In this document: positions 1-11,297 of the stretch, piece after piece
Layout: every line of letters starts with the position of its first letter
Position numbering within the stretch: the stretch's first letter is position 1
Assembly (NCBI GenBank): GCA_000004985.1
Contig: GG738935.1
DNA from: Naegleria gruberi
Lineage: Eukaryota
Reading direction: 5' to 3' (one strand)
Length of the DNA: 64,000 nucleotides
The notes under the pieces: generated by a model
Database searches by the model: none
What the model was told of the DNA's origin: nothing
Seen by the model: the letters and a program-made list of their open reading frames with translations, nothing else
Program-made: the position numbers and the translations under genes

Positions 1-971
1 TTTACTAAATTATCAACATTTTTATAAAATTCACATGATAAATTATCAATTAATTTTTGACATTCATTATTTATATTTTTATTTTTAATTTTATCATTTA
101 TACAATAATATTGTTTACTTCCTAATATAGTCATTTTAGGTTTATACCCTGTTTTTTTTAATTCTTTAATAATTTGTTTAATTTGTGAATGTGTTCTACA
201 ACAATATATTATTTTAGGTATATTTTCTATTTTTAGTATTTCATTCTCTGCTTTATTAGAATATCCTTTTTGAAAATAATTTAATATTTTACTAATTTTA
301 TTACTATCTATATTTAGATTATTTATATTTGAATTATTTATATTTAAATTTAAATTTGAATTATTTAATGATAAATTTGTATATTTTTGTATAATTTTAG
401 CTTTATAATATTGTTGCCAACATAAAGTAGCACATAATAAACTTAATGTTTTACCAGTTCCCTAATTTATATAAATTAATAATAAATATTAAATATAAAT
501 ATAATTAAATAAATATTAAATAAATATTAAAAAATAAAAATAAAAACATACAGTTGGACTTTCTAAAATAGCATTTGATTTTTCTGTTGAATCCAAAGTA
601 TCAATAATTCTATTCATAAATTCTATTTGTGTATCATATGGTTTATATGGAAATAAACATTCATATGAATTTATTAATTTTACTTTAACTTGTTCTATTG
701 ATGATGATGATTCATTATTACTATTTATATTATTATTTAAATTATTAAATGAAGATGATTGTTTATTTAATGATGATGGAGATGATGAAATTAAAATAGG
801 AGAATGTTTTCTCTTTTTTTTCATGAGAGTAACAAGTGGTGAATCAAAATATTTACTTGCTTCATCGTCGGTATTTTCATCATCATCATCATCGGAAGAT
901 AATGTTTCAGGTGTATAAATAAATCGTTTTTTAGGTTGTTGTTGATTTTGATGATGGTGTGATGATGACAT
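1..971 (-). CDS. Rad3/XPD-family Fe-S DNA helicase (RTEL1/FANCJ/DDX11-like), N-terminal part; the gene continues beyond the window start
   Basis: The minus-strand ORF 516..971 ends in ...FPYKPYDTQIEFMNRIIDTLDSTEKSNAILESPT. It splices (donor GTATGT at 546..551, acceptor TAG at 462..464) to an exon at <1..461 that begins GTGKTLSLLCATLCWQQ (Walker A, motif I). That exon then reads ...KIIYCCRTHSQIKQIIKELKKTGYKPKMTILGSKQYYCIN, which resembles the RTEL1/FANCJ motif Ia region. The exon 2 frame stays open down to position 1. Exons: 552..971 and <1..461; intron 462..551. The ~110-aa acidic N-terminal extension before the FPY motif is not typical for this family. Confidence 0.75.
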
Positions 972-1373
972 TTTTTTAAATTATATTTGAATAAAGTTCT
1001 AATAAAAACAAGATTTAATAATTACTTGATATTTGGGACATGATTTCGAACCTTTTTTAATTGTTGTATGTGACTAAAATTTTCTTTACCAGTTATTCAT
1101 TAAATTAGTGGTATATGATTGAGTGAATTGAAGAAAGAACTGGTGTTTTACATGTTGAATTTGCATTGGTGTGATAATCAAAATTTAGAAAATTGTTAAA
1201 AATATGAAGGAGTGGAATTTTCTAATGATTGTTTTATTAATTTACATAATTTTAATACATACTTAAATGTTATGAATTATGAATCATTACAAAATTTAAA
1301 AATATTAAAATACTTATCAATAGAGCTACTGTTGACGATTTATTGAGCTGGGTGAATCATGTTTATGAGTTGT

Positions 1374-1973
1374 NNNNNNNNNNNNNNNNNNNNNNNNNNN
1401 NNNNNNNNNNNNNNNNNNNNNNNNNNNNNNNNNNNNNNNNNNNNNNNNNNNNNNNNNNNNNNNNNNNNNNNNNNNNNNNNNNNNNNNNNNNNNNNNNNNN
1501 NNNNNNNNNNNNNNNNNNNNNNNNNNNNNNNNNNNNNNNNNNNNNNNNNNNNNNNNNNNNNNNNNNNNNNNNNNNNNNNNNNNNNNNNNNNNNNNNNNNN
1601 NNNNNNNNNNNNNNNNNNNNNNNNNNNNNNNNNNNNNNNNNNNNNNNNNNNNNNNNNNNNNNNNNNNNNNNNNNNNNNNNNNNNNNNNNNNNNNNNNNNN
1701 NNNNNNNNNNNNNNNNNNNNNNNNNNNNNNNNNNNNNNNNNNNNNNNNNNNNNNNNNNNNNNNNNNNNNNNNNNNNNNNNNNNNNNNNNNNNNNNNNNNN
1801 NNNNNNNNNNNNNNNNNNNNNNNNNNNNNNNNNNNNNNNNNNNNNNNNNNNNNNNNNNNNNNNNNNNNNNNNNNNNNNNNNNNNNNNNNNNNNNNNNNNN
1901 NNNNNNNNNNNNNNNNNNNNNNNNNNNNNNNNNNNNNNNNNNNNNNNNNNNNNNNNNNNNNNNNNNNNNNNNN
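1374..1973. other. assembly gap (600 N)
   Basis: Uninterrupted run of n characters. The ORF-track ORFs running through it (1343..1981, 1359..1991) are artefacts of translating N as X. Confidence 1.
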
Positions 1974-3621
1974 GAAAATGAAATGTTCTAATCAATGGCA
2001 AAAAATAATGGTTAACGTATTTGGAATTATAATTCATTGATTCAATAACTATGTCTAAAGATGTTGTGAATTCGTTAGATTTAAAGTAGTACATTATATT
2101 CCCAACAATATTATCATTGATTCCAAGTGTTCTTTCTAAAAAATTCTTTCTGATATCTGTAGTAGCGAAACGTAAAGCTTTGGCATTTTGTAAAACAGCA
2201 CGTTTCACAATTTCAAAGTTGTTCTGGTCTATATGAGAAGCGTATTGAAGTGCTAACCCATTTTTCTTCACGATTTCTATTGTTGGCATGTATTCTTTGA
2301 TTGAATTAGGGATATATTCAAGAGCAAGTGGTTCTGATTCAGTAAATTCTTTCATCAAATCGATATCTCCTCTTATTTGTTCAGGGGCAAACTCTAAAGC
2401 TTTGTAATTATTGATGAAAGCTAACTTGGTCATGATTTTAGTTTTCTCCTCCGTTCTAAAAAACTGATAAATTAGACCATTTCTTTTAAGTGCCTCTCTT
2501 TTGAAATCATTATCATGTTTGGATTTTTCTGAGATGAATTGAAAGTTTCTAAAATCTTGCTCAATAACAGCATATTCAAATAGAGTATTAGAATGGATGA
2601 GTTTGGAGATACCATTGTTTGTGTTGATGTGATCTGACCATTTAATACTGTTACTTAATAATTGAAGCAACCTTTTAATAACCTCATCCAATGACAATCT
2701 CTCTGTTTTTAATTTCAACAAACCCAAAACAATCTCTGCAAATTCCTTTGAAAGATTATATTCTGATGATAATTTTTCAACATCAAAGTCTTGAAAATTA
2801 CATTTACCAGTAATCAATTCAAAGAGTGTTAAACCTATGGAATAGTTATCACTTTCAAATGAATAACCTTCCATAAAAACCTCTGGTGCACAGAGTTTAG
2901 CTCCTATTATTTCAGTTTCCTTTCTAGATGAGAAATTACTTTTTGTGGCACATTCAAAATCAGCCAAAACTATAACAGGGAATTTGTTATCAATAAATTC
3001 ATCTATGAATACATTGGCTGGTCTGATGTCTCTATGAATAATTTCATGGGATTGTATGAAGAATACTGAATTAACTAATTGTAGCATGATTAGCTGTAAT
3101 ATTTTCTCATCATTGAACTTATTTATCCAATGATCAAGTGAACCAAACTTGTAATATTTCATTTTGTAATAATTAAAATTATCATCATTAATTTTAAGAG
3201 TTTCTCCGTAATAAACTTTGACAATATTAGGATGTCTAAATATTGTTCCATCAAATTTCAATAGATATCTTACTTCTCTCATAAAGCTCTTATTGGAAGA
3301 GTTAAATTCTTCCCTATACACTTTCACCACATACTTCTTTACTACTTCAATAATTTTGTAAATATAAACACCTTTCGATTGATCACTGAATAATCTTCTA
3401 CCTAATGTGAATAATTCTGACAATCTTTCTTTGATGATGGTACCAGTGTCGCCATTAATGATTATATTGTGGTTGGTGGTAATAATTGGTGTTGCATTAG
3501 GATTATTAATTATAGTGAGTTTTAATTTGTGTTGATTGTTTGGAGAGACCATCACCACAGTACCGTTAAGTTCAATGCTGATTGTACCATTCAACATGAG
3601 CTCAAGTTGAGTGTCTGTCAT
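1974..3621 (-). CDS. Ser/Thr protein kinase with C-terminal DUF4116-like repeats; 3' end lost in the assembly gap
   Basis: Kinase subdomains are visible: VVKVY (beta3 Lys), HRDIRPANVFID (catalytic loop), LADFECATK (DFG-like motif, here DFE), CAPEVF (APE). Downstream of the kinase domain are repeated units of the form ...ALQYASHIDQNNFEIVKRAVLQNAKALRFATTDIR..., which look like DUF4116-type repeats. The ATG at 3621 sits in an A-rich context. The C-terminus runs into the N gap at 1973. Confidence 0.8.
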
Positions 3622-4729
3622 TTTTTTTTGAATAATAAACGAAACGTGATAATGCCAAGTAGGTGCTCAATGACGTCAGCAATCGTTTCTTCAGTTGACG
3701 AACATTTAATCCCATTCTGTTTAAGAAAACATTCACAATTCAGTAATCGATTAATTTGAAATTATTAGAATTAATATTAGAGAAACATATGATAGAAAGT
3801 TTCCTCCACACAAACTCAATTGCCAACCAGTTAGACATGCACTTTGCTACTCATAAATGCAAAGTATTTGGTGTCACTGATTCTAGTAAAAATCTACTGC
3901 CAAAGTACTCCTTAATAACGTCAAATTAACAACCCGTAATAACCCAGGGTAGATGCACTTTACAGAATTTAGAAACTAAAATTAGTGGAACAACTACAAG
4001 CCATCCAAAGCTATCATCCATCACCATAGATGAAGATTTAATTTTGAAAATACTCTTGCAGAGCAATTAAATTTTCAATTTTCTCCTTCACATTTTAATG
4101 TTTTGATTTTATAATTCACTAAGCATTCAGCATTGACTCAATTTTGAGCCATTATTATTATTATATTGAGGAAAGCATCAATTGAAGGTCTATTGTTAAA
4201 ACTCACTGCATTTTGTTAAAACAGATCTTCTTACCGTGAAATTCATAGAATGTCGAACATCTGATTAATTTTATGCCAACCAAACCAGATTCGTTATTAT
4301 TTTCTATGATGTCTTACTGCGTTAAATTAATAACAATAGTAAGGTCATGTTGACCACGTAATATCACGAACATCAAGGAGGAATGGTGCTAATGTCTCCT
4401 GTAGACATTTCAAGCTGTTTGCAGATTTATTAATTCCACATCTCCCTTAACCAAAAATATTGCTAGAAATATGATGAAACAACCAAACAACGATGCAACA
4501 GATTCATTATGGAAACAACTTTCGGTGTTGTGCCTCCATAGTAACAACTCGTTCTAAACAATGAACGTAAAAAACAAAGTCTACTCTGTTACAATCCTGT
4601 CTTTTAAGAAACTGTTTGGTGAAGTTGAACTACTTGAATCCATCACTTTATCACTTGCAATGGAGCTCCACTGTTGTTATTCCTTAATATTTAGATAGAA
4701 TTGAAAAACTTCCGTGATACTTTAAGAAT

Positions 4730-7201
4730 NNNNNNNNNNNNNNNNNNNNNNNNNNNNNNNNNNNNNNNNNNNNNNNNNNNNNNNNNNNNNNNNNNNNNNN
4801 NNNNNNNNNNNNNNNNNNNNNNNNNNNNNNNNNNNNNNNNNNNNNNNNNNNNNNNNNNNNNNNNNNNNNNNNNNNNNNNNNNNNNNNNNNNNNNNNNNNN
4901 NNNNNNNNNNNNNNNNNNNNNNNNNNNNNNNNNNNNNNNNNNNNNNNNNNNNNNNNNNNNNNNNNNNNNNNNNNNNNNNNNNNNNNNNNNNNNNNNNNNN
5001 NNNNNNNNNNNNNNNNNNNNNNNNNNNNNNNNNNNNNNNNNNNNNNNNNNNNNNNNNNNNNNNNNNNNNNNNNNNNNNNNNNNNNNNNNNNNNNNNNNNN
5101 NNNNNNNNNNNNNNNNNNNNNNNNNNNNNNNNNNNNNNNNNNNNNNNNNNNNNNNNNNNNNNNNNNNNNNNNNNNNNNNNNNNNNNNNNNNNNNNNNNNN
5201 NNNNNNNNNNNNNNNNNNNNNNNNNNNNNNNNNNNNNNNNNNNNNNNNNNNNNNNNNNNNNNNNNNNNNNNNNNNNNNNNNNNNNNNNNNNNNNNNNNNN
5301 NNNNNNNNNNNNNNNNNNNNNNNNNNNNNNNNNNNNNNNNNNNNNNNNNNNNNNNNNNNNNNNNNNNNNNNNNNNNNNNNNNNNNNNNNNNNNNNNNNNN
5401 NNNNNNNNNNNNNNNNNNNNNNNNNNNNNNNNNNNNNNNNNNNNNNNNNNNNNNNNNNNNNNNNNNNNNNNNNNNNNNNNNNNNNNNNNNNNNNNNNNNN
5501 NNNNNNNNNNNNNNNNNNNNNNNNNNNNNNNNNNNNNNNNNNNNNNNNNNNNNNNNNNNNNNNNNNNNNNNNNNNNNNNNNNNNNNNNNNNNNNNNNNNN
5601 NNNNNNNNNNNNNNNNNNNNNNNNNNNNNNNNNNNNNNNNNNNNNNNNNNNNNNNNNNNNNNNNNNNNNNNNNNNNNNNNNNNNNNNNNNNNNNNNNNNN
5701 NNNNNNNNNNNNNNNNNNNNNNNNNNNNNNNNNNNNNNNNNNNNNNNNNNNNNNNNNNNNNNNNNNNNNNNNNNNNNNNNNNNNNNNNNNNNNNNNNNNN
5801 NNNNNNNNNNNNNNNNNNNNNNNNNNNNNNNNNNNNNNNNNNNNNNNNNNNNNNNNNNNNNNNNNNNNNNNNNNNNNNNNNNNNNNNNNNNNNNNNNNNN
5901 NNNNNNNNNNNNNNNNNNNNNNNNNNNNNNNNNNNNNNNNNNNNNNNNNNNNNNNNNNNNNNNNNNNNNNNNNNNNNNNNNNNNNNNNNNNNNNNNNNNN
6001 NNNNNNNNNNNNNNNNNNNNNNNNNNNNNNNNNNNNNNNNNNNNNNNNNNNNNNNNNNNNNNNNNNNNNNNNNNNNNNNNNNNNNNNNNNNNNNNNNNNN
6101 NNNNNNNNNNNNNNNNNNNNNNNNNNNNNNNNNNNNNNNNNNNNNNNNNNNNNNNNNNNNNNNNNNNNNNNNNNNNNNNNNNNNNNNNNNNNNNNNNNNN
6201 NNNNNNNNNNNNNNNNNNNNNNNNNNNNNNNNNNNNNNNNNNNNNNNNNNNNNNNNNNNNNNNNNNNNNNNNNNNNNNNNNNNNNNNNNNNNNNNNNNNN
6301 NNNNNNNNNNNNNNNNNNNNNNNNNNNNNNNNNNNNNNNNNNNNNNNNNNNNNNNNNNNNNNNNNNNNNNNNNNNNNNNNNNNNNNNNNNNNNNNNNNNN
6401 NNNNNNNNNNNNNNNNNNNNNNNNNNNNNNNNNNNNNNNNNNNNNNNNNNNNNNNNNNNNNNNNNNNNNNNNNNNNNNNNNNNNNNNNNNNNNNNNNNNN
6501 NNNNNNNNNNNNNNNNNNNNNNNNNNNNNNNNNNNNNNNNNNNNNNNNNNNNNNNNNNNNNNNNNNNNNNNNNNNNNNNNNNNNNNNNNNNNNNNNNNNN
6601 NNNNNNNNNNNNNNNNNNNNNNNNNNNNNNNNNNNNNNNNNNNNNNNNNNNNNNNNNNNNNNNNNNNNNNNNNNNNNNNNNNNNNNNNNNNNNNNNNNNN
6701 NNNNNNNNNNNNNNNNNNNNNNNNNNNNNNNNNNNNNNNNNNNNNNNNNNNNNNNNNNNNNNNNNNNNNNNNNNNNNNNNNNNNNNNNNNNNNNNNNNNN
6801 NNNNNNNNNNNNNNNNNNNNNNNNNNNNNNNNNNNNNNNNNNNNNNNNNNNNNNNNNNNNNNNNNNNNNNNNNNNNNNNNNNNNNNNNNNNNNNNNNNNN
6901 NNNNNNNNNNNNNNNNNNNNNNNNNNNNNNNNNNNNNNNNNNNNNNNNNNNNNNNNNNNNNNNNNNNNNNNNNNNNNNNNNNNNNNNNNNNNNNNNNNNN
7001 NNNNNNNNNNNNNNNNNNNNNNNNNNNNNNNNNNNNNNNNNNNNNNNNNNNNNNNNNNNNNNNNNNNNNNNNNNNNNNNNNNNNNNNNNNNNNNNNNNNN
7101 NNNNNNNNNNNNNNNNNNNNNNNNNNNNNNNNNNNNNNNNNNNNNNNNNNNNNNNNNNNNNNNNNNNNNNNNNNNNNNNNNNNNNNNNNNNNNNNNNNNN
7201 N
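4730..7201. other. assembly gap (2472 N)
   Basis: Uninterrupted run of n. The ORF-track entry 4701..7217 is an artefact. Confidence 1.
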
Positions 7202-7214
7202 ATTAGCTGTCCTC

Positions 7215-7340
7215 TAATGTTTATATATGTTTTTATATATATGTGTTTTTATATTTTATATTTTATATATTTTATATTTATATATATTTTATATATTTTA
7301 TATTAAATATATTAAATATATTATTTATATTAGTAATGAT
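7215..7340. repeat. AT-rich microsatellite-like simple repeat (tatatattttata-type units) directly after the gap
   Basis: Sequence 7215..7340 consists of reiterated tatata / tattttata / atatatttta units. It probably belongs to the intron or 3' flank of the truncated esterase gene. Confidence 0.7.
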
Positions 7341-7559
7341 ATGTAATAAAGATGATGATTTGAGGTGGGTAGTTATGTATGGACCATTTTAATATATATA
7401 TTTGTGTGGTGATAAGATGGAGGAGGTCAATACATAAATTATTTAGTAAAATGTAACAAGTATTTTGTTGTTGGTTGTTGTGATGGTGGTGGTAGGATAG
7501 AGAGATTGTGTTAATATAAAGTATTATGTTAAATAACAATAAAAAAAAACAAATGAAAC

Positions 7560-8219
7560 CTACTGATCGAAATGACCACCTGGGAAAAAGACCATTACTG
7601 GTTTTAAATTATTACTACTATTAGTAGTAGTAGTACTAATATTAAAAGGAGTGAAAATATTTAAAGATAAACAATCTTCACTTTGATTTTGAGCACATAA
7701 ACCATGTGGAAGTAAACAATTTTGAGGACACATTGGACCAAATTGAGTAGTATCTAATATATCTACAAATGGTAATGGTTGTGGTTGTGGATCTGACCAA
7801 CGTAATTCACCAATTGGTGCTTTAGCATATGGTATAGTTTTAAATGATTTATAATTATCAATGAATGATTGTACACCTCTCAATGTACCTAATCCATTCA
7901 CATTGAATAGAAATGTTTGTTCATTAACATTAACATTAGCATTACTATTAGCATCATTACTATGTTGTTGTTGTTCATTATGTTGTTGTTGATGATTAGA
8001 TTGTTTTAAAGATTTAATATTTGATAATTTTAATTGATGAATTAAATTATTAATTTTATCATTTGATGATTCAATTGTTGTTGTTGTTATTGTAGTTTTA
8101 ATAGATGCAGCATTAATAATACATGATAATGATACTACTACTATTAATAATAATAATAGAATGAATAACAATGAATTTGATTGTTTAATCATGATCATGA
8201 TTATTTCAACCTGTGACAA
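7560..8219 (-). CDS. Type-B carboxylesterase/lipase family protein, N-terminal exon (signal peptide plus start of esterase domain); the rest of the gene lies in the gap
   Basis: The ORF has a predicted signal peptide (LLFILLLLLIVVVSLSCIINAAS). It carries the esterase N-terminal motifs ...IPYAKAPIGELRWSDPQP...FGPMCPQ...SEDCLSLNIFTP...KPVMVFFPGGHF, which correspond to the EDCLYLNV and VMVWIHGGGF regions. The reading frame ends at 7560, where a GTAGGT sits as a likely donor (CA|GTAGGT). The continuation would lie inside the 4730..7201 gap. Confidence 0.6.
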   Translation of the reverse strand: MSQVEIIMIMIKQSNSLLFILLLLLIVVVSLSCIINAASIKTTITTTTIESSNDKINNLIHQLKLSNIKSLKQSNHQQQHNEQQQHSNDANSNANVNVNEQTFLFNVNGLGTLRGVQSFIDNYKSFKTIPYAKAPIGELRWSDPQPQPLPFVDILDTTQFGPMCPQNCLLPHGLCAQNQSEDCLSLNIFTPFNISTTTTNSSNNLKPVMVFFPGGHFDQ

Positions 8220-8576
8220 GTAATTAGTTTTTTTTAAAGATGATTAGAATCAAAGGTCATTTCACTAACCATCGTCTATTCAATTGGATAATATTTAATG
8301 TGATGCTTGAATGCAATTTGATAACAACAATAACTCCTGTAAACACAAAGTGTTGTTACTCCTCAACGGAATGAACATGATGAACAGCTCAAAATATTTT
8401 AGAAAATATCTAATTGAACCTTCCAAAATATATTTATTTGTACAATATAATAATAATGGATCTATTGTTTACAATAATTTACAAATTTATTTATAATCAT
8501 ATTACAATAATTTCTATATTCAAAAATAATAAATAATAATAATACAATTTGAATTTAATACACTATTTAATAATAA

Positions 8577-9539
8577 TTACTTTTTCTTTTTATCATTATT
8601 ATTATTACTATTACTATTAATATTAGTATTATTATTATTATCTAAATGATTTAAATTATTATTATTAATAATATTATTTAATTGTCTATGTAAAGATAAT
8701 TGTATAGCTCTATCTAAAATATCTTTAACACCAACATTTTGATCATAAATAGAACATTCATTATAAAACATGATTGGATATTGTTGATCATGATTATATA
8801 AATCCATTAATTTTTTAACTTGAACTCTATCAATTAATAAACCTGATGAAATATATCTGTGATCGTCACGTAAATCAGTCTTTGTTGCACATAGAATAAT
8901 TAATGCATTTGGACATAACATTCTAATTTCAGGTATCCATTTCAATTTTACACTTTCATATTGTTGTTTACTAACAATTGAATAACATATTATAAATACA
9001 TTAGTATTAGGATATGTTAATTTGGTACGATATCTATCATAATCATCACTTCCTTTACTATCACATATTGTTAATGTTAATTCTTTACCTTGATACATTG
9101 CTATTATTATTATATTATTATATTATATTATATTTAATTATTATGATATTATTTGATTGATTGGTGATTGATGTAAAATAATATTATTGTCAATAGGATA
9201 TCATCATTATCATCATCATAATATTAAATTATTATATATCATTAAATTATTATAATATTATGTTATATTATTAAAATACAAACTTTTTAAATTAAATTCA
9301 TCTAAAGTAGTATGTGGTAAATCTCTATCATCTTCTTTAAAAGATAAAGCAAGTGATGTTTTACCTGATGTAGAATTACCAACAATACATAATTTAATTG
9401 AATGTTGTTGTTGTTGATTCATATTTGTTGATGATGATTTTCTAAAACTTTGACTAGTTGATGAAGTTGATTCTTCAGTTCTTTTTTCCCATGCTGCTAA
9501 AAGACCTCCAACTTTACCACTCGTATTATGTCTTTGCAT
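8577..9539 (-). CDS. Atypical Rho/Rac-like small GTPase (two exons)
   Basis: Exon 1 (9285..9539) encodes the P-loop KLCIVGNSTSGKTSLALSF and the switch I-like segment HTTLDEFNLK. It splices (donor GTTTGT at 9279..9284, acceptor TAG at 9101..9103, phase 1) to exon 2 (8577..9100), which reads TMYQGKELTLTICDSKGSDDYDRYRTKLTYPNTNVFIICYSI...LCATKTDLRDD...ECSIY. The spacing of the G1-G5 motifs is Rho-like. The G3 motif is DSKGSD rather than DTAGQE. The C-terminus is N-rich and polybasic and has no CAAX box. Confidence 0.7.
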
Positions 9540-9977
9540 TTTTTTATTGACATTTGATTGTTTATATGATTATTTGGATGTCAATGGCGATTTGAATTTC
9601 ATAAATCTTCAGTAAATTGGCCTTTTCATTTGAATTTAAATTGTTAATTTCATTATATTCAATGACAGAAGAATATTCAGATTTCATTTTAATGTATTCA
9701 TTAATTTTGATTTAATTTCAAAAGAATTTACAATTTTAAATGTGTTTGTTGGTTGTAATTCATTGCTCAGAGAGAAGCTGCAGAGAAAAAGTTCATATTG
9801 TCTCTCCAGAAAAACAAGTTCATCCTCAATAACATCAACCCCCACTACCGTAATATATTTTTTAAAAAAAAAACTCCAATCCTCTTATTGATTGCCTCAC
9901 CTTACTTTTATTTTCATCAGCAAACAAAGGCTTTAAATATCTGTCTTTCAATTTATTATATAATTTAAAATATTAAA

Positions 9978-11297
9978 ATGGTAACACATCCAACATCAAG
10001 TATTACATTTAATTCATTTAATCAACCTCCATTTCAAGTCTATCCATATTTTGGAGAGTATATTGTATTATTATTAGATGAAGCTAATCATCAATTAGCC
10101 TTAACAGATTTAAATTCCATTGATTTAATAGTATCAATATATGATAAATGTTTTGAATTTTATCAATCATGTTTTGAAAATGGTGATAAACCTTCAAATA
10201 CATCCTATATGATGGAAGGTAGAGTAACAGTATGTGTTGTTTCAAATGGAGCAGGTGGATTAGGTATTGTAGGTGGATTTGGAGTTGAAATTGGACCTGC
10301 CTTTTTTGAAACAACATTTAAAAATGTTAAATATGGTTTAAATGAAAACTTTTATCATGTTTTATTTTATGAATTTGGTAGAAATTGGTGGTTAACAAGT
10401 AATTCATTAACATGTCAAGAAACTAAATGTAATAGTAGTTTTATTGATGGTTATGCTATTTTTATGCAAATATGGGCAATGAAATATTGTAATATTAGTG
10501 GCGGTTTTTATTCAGGTCAACCATTTTCAGTTCATAATTTAAAAATATTACAACATGTTACAAATTATGAATTAAATAATCAAGCTAATTGGGAAAATAC
10601 TTTACAATTAAAAAGAGGTGCTGATTTTGCTGAACATTATGGATGTGAATTATGGGCTGGTTTTATGCATTACATGTCAATTAGATTTGGTGGTTTATCT
10701 TTTGTTCAAAGAATATTTAAAATTGCAAAGAAATTAACACAACAACCTTTAAATCCACAACAAGTTTTAGATAATTGGTTCATTTCATGTTCAAAAGCAG
10801 CACAAAAGAATTTAACACTTCTATTTACTAAAAGATGGAGAATGAATGTTTCACATTCTGCTATTGAACAAATTCAACAAGAATTTAGAATTTCATATGA
10901 ATATGATCAAATTGAAAAATCATCAAATCCACATTCTCAAATTTCAATTACTAATCAACATGTTTCATCAATGAATGAATCAAATATTCCTTTTAATATT
11001 GAATTTAAAGAATATGATGCTAATTGTATTTTAATTGGATTAAATTTATGGACTGGTCATATTATTGATTCAATTCAACCTATTTATGGTAAAATTAATC
11101 AAGAGAATGGTCAATTAGAATATGTTAGAGAAGGTGAAAAGTATGGTACATGTGGTGGTAAATTAGAAAGAATGGAATTTAAAGGTTATATTCCAACTGC
11201 AATTCATTATGAAAATGGATATTGGTATGGTAATAAGTTATTATGTAGAATTGGAATTGAATTTCAAGAATGGAATTCAATAATTAAGACCATGTAG
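9978..11297 (+). CDS. Hypothetical protein with C-terminal jacalin-type lectin domain; the reading frame probably continues to 11513 after a +1 shift (frameshift or sequencing error)
   Basis: 439-aa ORF. The C-terminal region ...IGLNLWTGHIIDSIQPIYGKINQENGQLEYVREGEKYGTCGGKLERMEFKGYIPTAIHYENGYWYGNKLLCRIGIEF fits the jacalin beta-prism pattern (IDSIQ, GT.GG, F.G). A degenerate HExxH-like segment YEFGRNWW sits in the central part. Immediately after the stop, the +1 frame encodes a second jacalin-like unit (SSGGDSFIKFYWGLGSDETK...EVFVGFAGEIELFHSNDWFY*) that ends at 11513. Confidence 0.6.
   Translation: MVTHPTSSITFNSFNQPPFQVYPYFGEYIVLLLDEANHQLALTDLNSIDLIVSIYDKCFEFYQSCFENGDKPSNTSYMMEGRVTVCVVSNGAGGLGIVGGFGVEIGPAFFETTFKNVKYGLNENFYHVLFYEFGRNWWLTSNSLTCQETKCNSSFIDGYAIFMQIWAMKYCNISGGFYSGQPFSVHNLKILQHVTNYELNNQANWENTLQLKRGADFAEHYGCELWAGFMHYMSIRFGGLSFVQRIFKIAKKLTQQPLNPQQVLDNWFISCSKAAQKNLTLLFTKRWRMNVSHSAIEQIQQEFRISYEYDQIEKSSNPHSQISITNQHVSSMNESNIPFNIEFKEYDANCILIGLNLWTGHIIDSIQPIYGKINQENGQLEYVREGEKYGTCGGKLERMEFKGYIPTAIHYENGYWYGNKLLCRIGIEFQEWNSIIKTM

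Noticed and set aside
1343-1991. ORF-track ORFs translated through runs of N (1343..1981, 1359..1991, 4701..7217)
   Set aside because: They consist almost entirely of X from assembly-gap Ns and carry no information.
3529-3759. 76-aa plus-strand ORF overlapping the kinase start
   Set aside because: It overlaps the well-supported kinase N-terminus in antisense. It has no start context and no similarity to anything recognisable.
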